Below, piece after piece: positions 24,073 to 35,075 of a DNA stretch of 64,000 nt. Both the position numbers and the translations under genes were made by a program. Source of the stretch: Sminthopsis crassicaudata (lineage: Eukaryota); contig NC_133617.1 in NCBI RefSeq assembly GCF_048593235.1, forward strand, positions 627,792,958 to 627,856,957, written 5' to 3'. The notes beneath the pieces are model-generated. The model had not been told where the DNA came from and did not search any database. It saw only the letters and a program-made list of their open reading frames with translations. Position 1 is the stretch's first letter. Every line of letters begins with the position of its first letter.

Positions 24073-27000
24073 TGTTTTAATATAAATGAATACCTTTGCT
24101 GAAGGCTTTTCCTGATTCTAATGACACAATTATTGGGTTCCTTCTTTTTGTTTGTTTTTATCATTTATGGCTCAGGGTTGCTTCAAAGACTAGATACACA
24201 GTCTGGACCCAGTTCTGGAAACCTGCCTCCAAAAGGATAAGTTTTTCTCTTTCATTTGTTATCTCCCAGCCAGAATAAAATTGAGTGAAATCTCCAAAAC
24301 AAAGTTGAGATATGGCTTGTTTCTTCTAAAGTAGAGGCTGCTAAACTCCTATAGTTTCATCAAAGGACAATATATGATACCCTTTATGTCATCTACCATA
24401 ACAAAGCACTCACATCTGTGAGTAAATACAGGAAACAAAACAATTTTATAGCTAATTAGACTCCCTCTTGGGGGACTGCTGGACAAATACTTTCTATTTA
24501 CTTCATATTTGTTCTGAATAAGTTACAACAATATGTGGAGGATTGACATGGTCCAGATCTCCTGATCTGGCTTTAATTCTTTAGTTGGCTGGATTCTCTT
24601 TTTTTCTAAGAAATGAGCAGTTAAGGAAATCTCCCTGTCGGAGGCCAGTGCTTGCCTTTCAAATTCATGAACTTTAGAATGCATAATTAAACATGAGGTA
24701 ATCCCCAGGTCTGGAAATATCCATTGTTAGAATTATTAATTTCTGGCTTATTCTCAGAAAATGAAACAGAAAGGCCGAAGTTTAATATGGCTCAAAAATC
24801 CCCCTCTTAGGCTCACCTGGGGAAGCACAAAATACTTGCCATGTGCTTCTATTGCTAGCTGCCTTTTTCTGCTATTTCATAGCTCATTCCTATGCACTTC
24901 AGAGGGAATGTCTCCTCTGACAAGATTCTGTTTTCTGAAGTTTCCATCATCCAGTCATCAAGAGGCACCCCGAATCCCTGGGAATTGTTAGAGGAATCCC
25001 CAATGTCCTCTCAACGGGGCACAGATTTAAGTTTGGTATTTGATTAGGAGTTTTTAATTTGTTCTTTTTCTAGCTTTTTTAGTTGCAAGCCCAATTCATT
25101 GATTTTCTCTTTCTCTATTTTATGCAAGTAAGCATCTGGAGATATAAATTTACCTTTATTACCGCTTTGGCTGCATCCCACAAATTTTGGTATGTTGTCT
25201 CATTATTGTCATTCTCTTGGATGAAATTATTAATTGTGTCTATAATTTGCTGTTTTACCCAGTCATTCTTTAGGATGAGATTATTTAGTTTCCAATTACT
25301 TTTTGGTCTGTTTTCTCCTGGCCTATTGCATGTGTTTTTAATTGCATCATGATCTGAAAAAAAAATGCATTTACTATTTCTGCCTTTGTGCATTTGATTT
25401 TGAGGTTTTTATGCCTAACACGTGGTCAATTTTTGCATAAGTTCCATGAACCACTGAGAAAAAAATAAATTCCTTTCTGTTTCCATTTAATTTTCTCCAA
25501 AGATCTATCATATCTAACTTTTCTAACATTTTGTTTACCTCCTTAACTTTCTTATTTATTTTGAGATTCGATTTATCTAGTTTTGAGAGAGCAAGGTTGA
25601 GATCTCCCACTAGTATTGTTTTGCTATCTATTTCTTCTTGCAATTCTCTTAACTTCTCCTCTAGTAATTTCCATGCTATATCACTTGGTGCATATATGTT
25701 TAGTATTGATATTGCTTCATTATCTGATACCCTTTAATAAGATATAGTTTCCTTCCTTATTTCTTTTCATTAGATCTATCTTTGCTTTTAATTGATCTAA
25801 GATCAGGATTGCTATCGCTGCTTTTTTTTTTCTTCACCTGAAGCATTATATATTCTGCTTCAGTAGGGCACAGATTTAATTCTATGGAAAGGAAACATCT
25901 TTCCAGGGAAGGTCCAAACTAATTCCAGCAAGTTAAGTAGGGGATAGGGATTATCAAATTAAGCATGGACTCTCCCTACCAACTTCCAGCATATAATTAC
26001 TGTGATTTCTTATTTTCTTCATATTGAATTCTTCAATATTCACTTCATATTAATGTAGTGAGATTTCTCCAGCCCAGCATCTCAGAACCAGACTGCTACA
26101 TCTCCCCCTCAGGTAACTAGAAGAACCCTTAGGAGTTAGGTAATGTCTTTTCTCTGCTGCTATCACATCAAGTTCTTACAGATTGTGTTTCTACCACTGT
26201 AAGAGACCACTGACTAGAACCCCTTTTCCTTTTAACCATTTAACATCAATTGGCTTTTATGAAGGGATATTTACTTCTAAGCAAGAATGAAAATATGAAC
26301 ATTTCCTTCAAAATCATAGCCTATAGAGGCACACTCTCTTGTAGTTCACTTTGGTCTCTGAAGAGAATGGGCTCAATCTGAATTAAGTTCGTTCATAGAA
26401 TGCTTTACAAAGTTCATGTCAATGTGTGGCAAGATGAGTCCTTGTCTCACTTACTACTGAGCTGTGTCCCCAAGATCATGCTGTCCTCCTCAGAGCATTG
26501 ATGCTGAATAGGCTGTCAGGAGCCTTGCTCTCTCTACCTTTCACAATTAACAAGGTCAGAATCTCTAATCCTTCACCTAAAATAGAAATATAAGAAATTC
26601 AGAAGCAAGGAACCACGGTTTCACTGGGTTAGTGCAGTCCTCATCGGGGAGCAGGCCCAAGGGTTCTCCCCTTAAAATATTGTCTCCCTGGACACCATCC
26701 CCAAAGAAGTCAAACCAAGTTCAAAACGGAAGAAAAGACTGACTTTGTAATCAAGAGTACTTGGATTTAAGACCTGCCTTTGGCAAATACTGGTTATGTG
26801 GTCATTGCCAAGAAACTTCTCAAGTAAATCTATAAGAATATATTATAGGAATTGTTGATGTACATTGCTAGAGGGAGTTTCCCATACTGGGGAGTTCTCT
26901 ATGAAAGTGAAATCAGTCACAGGCTTCACAAACAAAAAACAATTAGATATTCTAGTTTCTGATAATCTTCTTTGTTTCTACTCTATAAATTGCTATCTTC

Positions 27001-30000
27001 TTTCTTATTTTCAATTTAATAATTTAGTTTTTCTTTCCTTTTTTTCTTAAAAAATTAAATTAGTTGATGATCAAAAATAATTGGTATTTTTTAAAAAGCT
27101 AGCTTTTGGTTTTGTTTATTTATTAATTCAATTAAACTATGTATTTAGAAATTCTCAAAATGTCTTCTTTTGTGCTTGTATTGAAATTATTAGTTTTTTG
27201 GCTTTCTAATTTGTGTGAACAACTCATTAGACCTCTATTTTTCTCCTTTAGAAATTTAAGTTTTCAGAGATTTAAATCTGCCACTGATTGCTTTTGTTCC
27301 ATCACATAAATTTTTCTTTGTGGTGTCACCGATGTTATCTCTTGAACATATTACATGTCTCTCTCTTTGTATATATATATATATATACATAATATGCATA
27401 TATAATTTTTCTATGATTTAGTCTTTGACCCATTCATTACTTAGAATATAATTTTTAGTTTCCATTTAGTTCTGCCTCTTTTATTAATATTTTCTTATTG
27501 AATGTTATTTTATGGCATTACAGTTTATAAGGAGTATGATTAAGATTTACAGGTTTTTTTGTACTTATTTATGAGTTCTTTATGACTTAGGAGATGATCT
27601 TTTTTTTTTAAGGTTCCATGTGTCTGCAAAATAACTTTTATTCTTTCAGATTCTTATGTGATATTCTTTTTAAGCCTATCAAATTTGACATTGAATTTGT
27701 AATTTCCTTTAAAAAATTTTTTTAGTTCATCAAAGTTTGAAGGACAAATATCAAAATTTCCTATTGGTGCATTATTGTTTAGTTTCTTTGTGTGTTTCAG
27801 ATAGCTTTTCTTTCATGTTCTTATAGAATATGTGTGAGGCCTTTAAGCACAAGATAGTTTGTCTGTTTATTCCTTTTGATAACATCTATTTTCACTCCTA
27901 TTGTGTCTAAGATCATGATTGTAACTCTTCCTTTTTTTTCCTTTTTTTTTCTTTCTATTTGGTAAAGCATAATGTACTATATTCTTAGCCCCTTGGATTA
28001 TCATTTTTGTTTTGTTTTATCTCATTTCGTCTTCACCCCCATATTCTAGTTGAGGAAATCAAGGCAAACAGGTTTAGTGACTTCTCAGACTCATACAGAT
28101 AATAAGGCTTTTCATGTCTTCCTGATTTCAGACCTAGCACTCTATGCATTAGCCACCTAGCTAACACTTTATTAAGATTTTTTTATGTTTCCATTAATTT
28201 TATATTCATTTAAACATACCAGGTCTTTCTTTATTTCTCTTACTACATAATTTTACCTAATTTTTTGCTTCCAAGTTGTGTTTATTGTTTTTTTTTTGGA
28301 GATTTTTCATTACTCTCCTTTATGCAGAAAATAATATCTATTTATGTAATCATTGTTTGGGGAGGTTTTGGGGGACTCATTTTAAGTCACTCTGAATCTT
28401 TCTTTAGGCACTTAATAAATGTTTATTGTTTGGAAGTGAACATTTTGGTATAGTGGATAGAGTGCTAAAGTTGGAACTAGGAAGACCCTAGTTCAAAATC
28501 CACTTCTAACACTCAAACCTCTACCAGCCTGGGTAAATCATTACATCTTTCTGACCCTTAATTTCTTCATTTCTAAATTGAGGGGATTGAAAAAATTGAT
28601 TTTCCAGCTTTCAATCTCTGATCCTATCTTAGTTTTTTGGATTTTGGTCAGAATTTCTTTCCTTTTTCCTCTCCTCTTTTTTTTTTTTTTATTCTTTTAC
28701 TTTATTTGACATGCTTGTTGCCATTTGTAGGTGATGAAAGGAAGCTCGATTGAGTCATAACCACTTACTTTATAATTTTCCCACACTTCTCCAATCCCTT
28801 GAGTCCTTACTTAAAGACTGGATGACTATATTGAGAAGATTCTTAGTCCGGCATGAATCGGATGAAGTGAAAGCTGAGATCTTTTCTAACTCTGAGATTC
28901 TGTGAATTTGAATAAATTAATAATTTGAACTGTGATCTTTCTCCCCCAGATAATGTGGAGCTTACTCTGGCCCCAGGATCTCCCCTTTGGCTATCCTGTG
29001 AACATCCGCTATCTCCCCTCACCTTGGGTCCCACATCATGGGTTCATTGGCGCCCTGAGAAAAACACTTCGCTCCTGAGTCTAGAATTGGAAAAGGGCTT
29101 CCCAGCCCGGGAGTTCTGGGTTACAGACACCAGAGGAAAAGGTGCCCTACTAATTTTGCCCCAGGCTGTTCCCCAGGATGCTGGTTCTTACTTCTGTAAA
29201 AGTGGCAATCTCACCATCAGCATTGAGCTGAAAGTCATCTCACCAGCAGGTATGAAGAGTCATGTTCTCTCCAGCTTTCTCTTGAGGGTAAAAGCTGAAA
29301 GATCTAGTCTTCTTTCATTCTTGAAGCAGTTTGAGGGGTATGAATATGAAGGCTTTTGTGGGCTAATGTGTAGGGATCCCCTATCTCACAGTCTAGTACT
29401 TGTCTTTGAAGGTTGAGAGAGAGAGGAAAAGATTCTCTCATTTCATAGTTCTCATCCCTCTGCAGGATGGCGTTGGTTGTTGGAAGCTGGAGGCTGGAAG
29501 ATTCCAGTTGTTGCTTTGGCCTATGTGTCCTTCTGCCTGGTAATCCTGGTAGGGTCCCTCCAAGTTCAGAAAGGTGAGAAACCACTCTTTCTCCCTCCCC
29601 CTATCCCTGTTCCCAGAAAAAAAAAATCCATCATACTCCATCATAATCTCAGTTTGGACTTCCCTAAGGAATGGCCACCTGCCCCATGCCTATGTCTGTC
29701 TATGTCTAGCCTCCCTCCCCAAGTCTAGCCTTTCTGACTGATTCCAACCCAAACCCTCCTCTGACTCCTGGTTAGCCCTGCTCTTACGAAGAAAAAGGAA
29801 GAGGATGACAGATCGTACCAGGAGGTAAGAAAACTCAATCTGGAGAAATCACAGAACCCTTGAGCTTCATCTCAAATCGGCATCCCTATTCCCTCTCCTG
29901 GAACTGAGGTTCTTCTCTCCCTCTCCACCTCCAATCATTTCTTCTGTATCAGCCAATAGCAGTAATTCACATTTTGTGAGTTTTTCTCACAATAAAAGTA

Positions 30001-33000
30001 TAAGATGGTAATACAGATATTATTTCCCTTATTTTACAGATGGGGAAACACAGGTTCAGTTAGGGGAATGTCCAAGGTCCCACATCTAGTAAATCTGGGA
30101 ACCAGGATTCAAACTCAGGAGTTTTAGTTCCAAGTGCAGTGCTATTTCCATTCTACTGCCCAATAGTCAGTTTCCTTTCTGTTTCTCCTACCCTTTAATT
30201 ACCTCATAGCCCCTTAGGTTTGTGTTCCAGTTTCTTCATTATTTTTCTTAATGGGATCAGGTTCTTCAAAGTGATGTCTCCAGGGAATGAAACCCAGAGT
30301 CAATATGGGAATATGTTACCCCTGTCTGGAGTGGCAACTCTTGGAAATGGTGAGCAAGATCTCTGAATTCCTAGCTGAGATATACTCAAAGAATATAGTC
30401 CCAATCCTGAAACTCTTCCAAGTCAGTGCTCTTAAGATATCCCAGTCTAGGGCTTTTTATGGAGAGGGAGCTCAGAAACAGGAATGAGTACAGGATAAAG
30501 AGAGAAGCTGGAGAAGAGAGGAGAACTAAAGGAGAGGAAGGAGAGCTTGGGAGGGGCCAGCTTCTCTACTGGCAATCAGCTTACTTCTAAAGGAGAAGAC
30601 AACTATGTCTAAAAATATGTACAGCATAAATAGAAAATGAATAAATATAAGAACATGCAAAGCAGTTAAATACAGGGGAGTTTGTGAGGGAGGAGAAATC
30701 AGAAAAGACTTCTTGTAGAAGATGATATTTGAGCTGAATATTAAAAAAGAGAGGGACAGTCTAAGACCTAAAGACAGGAGATGGAATGTTTGAGGAACAG
30801 AGAGAAAAGCAATATGGCTGAATCACAGAGTCCAGTTGGAAACACAGTTTGGGGCCAATTGTGAAATGCTTAAAAAGCTAAACAGAAGAGTTTAGATTTT
30901 ATCCTAAAGGCAGCAGAAAGCTATTGGAACTGAATGAGTTAAGAAGTATCTTGGCTAAATCTATGCTTAAGGAAAGTCACTCTGGCATCAGTGTGGAAGA
31001 TAGTGAATTTGTGAGAAATTGAAGACTAATTGGGAGGCCATTGCAATAATCTAGGTGAGAAGTGATATGGATCTAGGCTAAGGTGGTAGCTGTTTAAGTG
31101 GAAAGAAAGTGAGAGAGAGATGATGTAGAGATAGAAACTGCAAGACTTGGAAACTGGTTAGTCATATGGGGTGAGGGTGAGTAAGGAAGCCAGGATAAAG
31201 CTGAGGTTGCAAACCTCAGTGACTGGAAGAATGGTGATGTCTTTGAGAGAAATAGGGAAATTTGAAGGAGAGGTATGTTTGAAGGGAAAAATAATGAACT
31301 TGGCTTAAATATATTGAGTTTGAGATGTTTCTGGGATATCTATTTTGATTTGTCCAATGGGCAACTAGTGATTTTAGACCAAAGCTCAGGGAAGAGCCTG
31401 AAACTAAATATAGAGAGAGGGGAATCATCCTTACAGAGATGATCTTTTAACCCATGGGAACTGATGAGGTTGCTAAGATAAGGTTACGTAAAGAGAAAAG
31501 AACTCTTAACACTTACAATTAGGGGGTATGGTGTGGATTATGATCCAGTAAAGGAGATTGAAAAAGTAAAGGGAAAAGGACCAGAAGAAGGCAGTGTCAT
31601 AAAAACTCACAGAAGAGAGACTACTCAGGAGGAGGGGGTGGTCCACTAGGTATAGAAGAAGGTATTTCTAGAATAAGATCAGAGATGCCTTATTCTTGAG
31701 TTTGGGAAATATTGTGTAGGCTCTTTTTAGAAGAATGTTCTTAAAAGTAGAAAATAAAACATATAGAATCATTCACTGTAATCTCTTTATGGTAGAAGGA
31801 GGGGTGGTAGTGGTCCATGGATAGATTACTATCAGATTTGAGAATTAAATTAGATCATTAGTAGCTTTGGAGAGAGCAGTTTGATTTGAATGAGTTCAGA
31901 AGCCAGATTGCTTCAAAAATTGAGGGAATAGGACAGAAGAGAGAAAGTGAAGGCATAAGTGTAGATGGTTTTTTCAAGGTATTGGGTGACAAAAAAAAGA
32001 TATAAAATTTTAAAAAGAACACTTTGTGGGGATGGCAGAGACAGAGACAGAGACACAGAGGCAGAGAAACAGAGACAGAGACAGACACAGAAAGAGGGAG
32101 GAAGGAAGGGAGAGAGAGAGAGAGAGGAAGAGAGGGAGGGAGATGGAGAGGGAGAGAAAGGGAGGGAGAATCAGTATTTCCATCTATTGGGAACATGTAG
32201 AGGAGTTGGCTAGAAGAAAACTATCTCTGTCAGTGATTGAAGGAAAATGTCATCAAGGGGTTTTGAGATGAAGAAAGGGGAGATAGGGAGTCAATTAAGG
32301 AGAAATAAAAATACTATCTTGCTTTGGTGAGGGTCTTCTTGAGCTTTTATATCTGTCCTCTAGTTCGGACCCTGAAGTGGACCCCTGACTTTGGAGGAGC
32401 CACTCCATCGTTTGGAAACCCATCCCAAAGGGATCAGAAAACAGGAATCCCTGGGCTCAGGAGTCCAGGGCTGGAAGGTGAATGACTCTTAAGAGAGGAT
32501 ATCTGTTCTTCTCAGCCTTAGAGCCCTAGACAAAGTCAGAGGAGAAAGAAACGTGGCCTAGTAGAAAGGACATTGGATTAGGAGTCATAGTCACCAGTGG
32601 AATCCTGTCTCTGGTGCTTATTAGCTGTGTAACGTTGGAGAAATTCATATGGACCACATGATATTTAATTTTCATGTCAGATCTAAATCTATTGCCCTAT
32701 CATCCTCTTTGACCCAGGGGATAAGGGAAGTGTTTGCAAGAAGATTGTCCACTTCTTAGGCTCTAAGGGATGATGAGTCATGGGAATCTGGTTAGTGGAA
32801 GGGAGAAGAATCCATGTGGGTCAGGGCTATTGGGAGCAAGATGAGCTGGGGGAATTGAGAGAAATGACTGATTGACTTCTTAGATCCGGAGGAGGAAGGG
32901 GAAGGTTATGAGGAGCCAGACGGTGAAGGAGCTTCTGTGGCCTATGAAAACAGCCAAGACCAGCTCTCCCAAGGTAATAATGAGTTGTTCCTATCCTCCA

Positions 33001-34501
33001 GGGACCAATCTCCTCCTTGTTACAGAGCCCAATCTTCCTCTATTCAGCAACTACTCCCACTAGCTCCTTCTTCCCTTTTTTTAAGGCAGTAAGAGATAGT
33101 AGACAGGAGTGTTCAACCCCTCTTTCTGACTCCCCAGATGCTTGGGGCTATGAGAATGAAGAAAAAAGAACCTTGGCTGATGAAGAAATGGAGGATGATT
33201 CTTTCTCCACTGGTAATAAGGAACTGGGAGAGAACACCGTATGGGACTGGAGACAGAGACCTCTAAAGGACTACAAAGCCTGGGGGGAGCTGGGGAAAGG
33301 GAGGGATGGAGCTCCTATGGAGACTGTCTTCCACCTTCCCTCTCTTCTCTCCAACAGCAGAGTCTTATGAAAATGAGAAACAAGGAAATGGTCTCTACCT
33401 GTCCTACACAACAACAGGTGGGGCAAGAACATTCCTAATTTAGGAGCTGGGAGAGTGGAAAGGAGAATAGAAATTTAGGAGTTTAGACTCAAAGGCTCTT
33501 TTCTTTACTCTTTAGGCTTCTTGCTCCCAAAAGGGCCTGTGTGGGACACATGCCGGGAGGCTTCCTCACTTGGTGAGATGTGGGACAATCTGTTCTGACC
33601 CTGACCTCAAGGAAAGAGAAGGGAACAAGCATTTGTATAGCAATTACTCTGTACCATCCACTATACTAAGTGCTTTTTAACAAATGTTATTTCATTATTA
33701 TCTCAAAGTTCTTCCCTTCCTCCCTCCCTCCCTCTCTCTCTTCCCCCTTCCTCCCTTCCCCCCNNNNNNNNNNNNNNNNNNNNNNNNNNNNNNNNNNNNN
33801 NNNNNNNNNNNNNNNNNNNNNNNNNNNNNNNNNNNNNNNNNNNNNNNNNNNNNNNNNNNNNNNNNNNNNNNNNNNNNNNNNNNNNNNNNNNNNNNNNNNN
33901 NNNNNNNNNNNNNNNNNNNNNNNNNNNNNNNNNNNNNNNNNNNNNNNNNNNNNNNNNNNNNNNNNNNNNNNNNNNNNNNNNNNNNNNNNNNNNNNNNNNN
34001 NNNNNNNNNNNNNNNNNNNNNNNNNNNNNNNNNNNNNNNNNNAACTTCCTAGGACTGAACCTAACCACTTCTATAGTGAGATATACATTAATCCCTGTAA
34101 CTCAGGCTCCCAAAACCCTCTTCCCAGTCGGGCCCTTGGGATTATTTGTGCCCCATATAATCTTTTTCTTTCTCATTTGCATCTCTTCATTTTTTGCCTA
34201 ATAGCAGGGTCTCAGTCTTATGAGGACATGAGAGGGATCCTTTATGCTGCCCCTCAAATCAGGAACCTTTGTCCCCAGCCTGGTCCTAGTCAGGAGGAAG
34301 GTGAGTATCCTTTAATTTTCAGCTCTACTTAAGCTTTCCAGGATCCAAATGGTCTCTTCTCTTTTCTGCCTCCCTTTCCTCCTTTAATACAATCCCTTGT
34401 GCTATTCAGATGGTGACTCCTATGAAAATATGGAAAATCCAGAAGAGTCTGGTCCAGGGTGGGAGGCAGGGGATTGGACCCCAAGCTGGAACAATAGGTG
34501 A
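14280..34501 (+). CDS. CD19: B-lymphocyte antigen CD19, ~561 aa after removing two +1 indels; join(14280..14374,14954..15221,15737..15934,28950..29249,29466..29573,29776..29824,30261..30349,32364..32477,32884..32973,33138..33212,33358..33417,33516..33572,34208..34300,34410..34501)
   Basis: Signal peptide, Ig-domain motifs ([32 protein letters not shown]), TM segment, [25 protein letters not shown]; synteny. Frameshifts occur in exons 1 and 2 as assembled. Confidence 0.93.
14690..14725. repeat. (TA)n microsatellite
   Basis: About 17 uninterrupted TA units. Confidence 0.95.
14954..15221 (+). CDS. CD19: CD19 exon 2 (268 nt, +1 frameshift near 15096-15099)
   Basis: EGKDAVLSC...PGLRAHVGP, then shifted frame [20 protein letters not shown]...SVNGS G|gtgagg. 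Confidence 0.88.
15737..15934 (+). CDS. CD19: CD19 exon 3 (198 nt)
   Basis: [15 protein letters not shown]...[19 protein letters not shown]...; cag|...|gtgaga. Confidence 0.92.
16003..16625 (+). mobile_element. Two adjacent CORE-SINEs (MIR/Mar1-like)
   Basis: Pol III B-box gagttcaRat and core ctcagtttcttcaactgtaaaatgaggataataatagca, occurring twice. Confidence 0.75.
17590..17775 (+). mobile_element. Old hAT-Charlie (Charlie4-like) fragment
   Basis: tttaaaaactctttattctgagaa...actgccaaaggg...aaaaataagttgag resembles a Charlie 3' end (recalled). Confidence 0.45.
22040..22500 (+). mobile_element. LINE-2 fragment
   Basis: Degenerate L2-like tract (aaacatgtctaaatctgagctcatc, gccatccaggttcataattttggcattatcct). 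Confidence 0.5.
23355..23505 (-). mobile_element. WSINE1-like tRNA-derived SINE
   Basis: Reverse complement of ggggcagctaggtggcgcaatggatagagcaccagccctgaagtcaggaggacctgagttcaaat..., with A-rich tail. Confidence 0.85.
24035..24070. repeat. poly(T) tract (36 nt)
   Basis: Homopolymer within degenerate L1-like sequence. Confidence 0.95.
25031..25865 (-). mobile_element. LINE-1 ORF2 internal fragment (endonuclease region) flanked by a 14-bp direct repeat
   Basis: ORFs [14 protein letters not shown]...IDLWR...[12 protein letters not shown] and [18 protein letters not shown]...[13 protein letters not shown]; gggcacagatttaa at 25017-25030 and 25866-25879. Confidence 0.92.
27060..28000 (-). mobile_element. 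Highly degenerate LINE-1 fragment
   Basis: T-rich antisense L1-like ORF2 text (ttagtctttgacccattcattacttagaatata...). Confidence 0.5.
28950..29249 (+). CDS. CD19: CD19 exon 4 (300 nt, Ig domain)
   Basis: [14 protein letters not shown]...SLLSLEL...[31 protein letters not shown]. Confidence 0.95.
29466..29573 (+). CDS. CD19: CD19 exon 5 (transmembrane)
   Basis: [35 protein letters not shown]. Confidence 0.94.
29776..29824 (+). CDS. CD19: CD19 exon 6 (49 nt)
   Basis: [17 protein letters not shown]; tag|...|gtaaga. Confidence 0.94.
30261..30349 (+). CDS. CD19: CD19 exon 7 (89 nt)
   Basis: [29 protein letters not shown]. Confidence 0.9.
30600..31650 (-). mobile_element. LINE-2 fragment
   Basis: Antisense L2 signature gggaggccattgcaataatctaggtgaga and surrounding degenerate tract. 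Confidence 0.6.
32036..32170. repeat. (GAGACA)n / GA-rich simple repeat
   Basis: gcagagacagagacagagacacagaggcagagaaacagagacagagacagacacag followed by GA-rich sequence. Confidence 0.9.
32364..32477 (+). CDS. CD19: CD19 exon 8 (114 nt)
   Basis: [21 protein letters not shown]...GLRSPGLE; phase 1-1. Confidence 0.85.
32884..32973 (+). CDS. CD19: CD19 exon 9 (90 nt)
   Basis: [29 protein letters not shown]. Confidence 0.93.
33138..33212 (+). CDS. CD19: CD19 exon 10 (75 nt)
   Basis: [24 protein letters not shown]. Confidence 0.9.
33358..33417 (+). CDS. CD19: CD19 exon 11 (60 nt; CAGCAG tandem acceptor)
   Basis: [20 protein letters not shown]. Confidence 0.87.
33516..33572 (+). CDS. CD19: CD19 exon 12 (57 nt)
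   Basis: [18 protein letters not shown]. Confidence 0.88.
33764..34042. other. Assembly gap (279 N)
   Basis: N run in CD19 intron 12 next to a C/T-rich simple repeat. Confidence 1.
34205..34300 (+). CDS. CD19: CD19 exon 13 (TAGCAG tandem acceptor; start 34205 or 34208)
   Basis: (A)[31 protein letters not shown]; PI3K YxxM motif. Confidence 0.96.
34410..34501 (+). CDS. CD19: CD19 exon 14 (to the in-line stop)
   Basis: [29 protein letters not shown]; second YxxM motif. Confidence 0.92.
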
Positions 34502-34820
34502 GCTCTCACCTGTAATCTCACTCCATTAAGTGAGTAGGAAATAGGCCCCCTCCAGAGGTTGAGGAGAGGAGATTTGGAGCTTATGCTGGCAAACTGGATT
34601 CTGGATGGTGAAGGGAAGGGATGGAGGGAGGAAAGATCTTTATTTTATTTTTATTATTATTATTATTTGTGGAACAGGGTAGAGAAGATGAAGCAGAAAT
34701 TATTAGAGAATTTGGAATAATGTCTGGTCTTTTGGGAGGGAGGGATTTTCAGAGGGCTAGAGAGAGGGGACAGGGCAACCACTGAGCACTAACCTCCCCT
34801 TTTTATCTTTCCCTCTTTAG

Positions 34821-35075
34821 GTCCTAGAGACACAACTCCAATTTAGCATTCTTTTGATGCTTAGTCTCTGTCTGGAGGGACTAAGGCCTNNNNNNNNNNN
34901 NNNNNNNNNNNNNNNNNNNNNNNNNNNNNNNNNNNNNNNNNNNNNNNNNNNNNNNNNNNNNNNNNNNNNNNNNNNNNNNNNNNNNNNNNNNNNNNNNNNN
35001 NNNNNNNNNNNNNNNNNNNNNNNNNNNNNNNNNNNNNNNNNNTTTCCCTCAATAAAATCCTGTGTTTCTAATTTC
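34821..35075 (+). other. CD19: Probable CD19 terminal exon 15 (G TCC TAG, then 3'UTR; AATAAA 35051-35056)
   Basis: Strong acceptor ttttatctttccctctttag, upstream donor AATAG|gtgagc, and a PAS followed by GT-rich sequence; interrupted by a gap. Confidence 0.6.
34890..35042. other. Assembly gap (153 N)
   Basis: N run. Confidence 1.
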
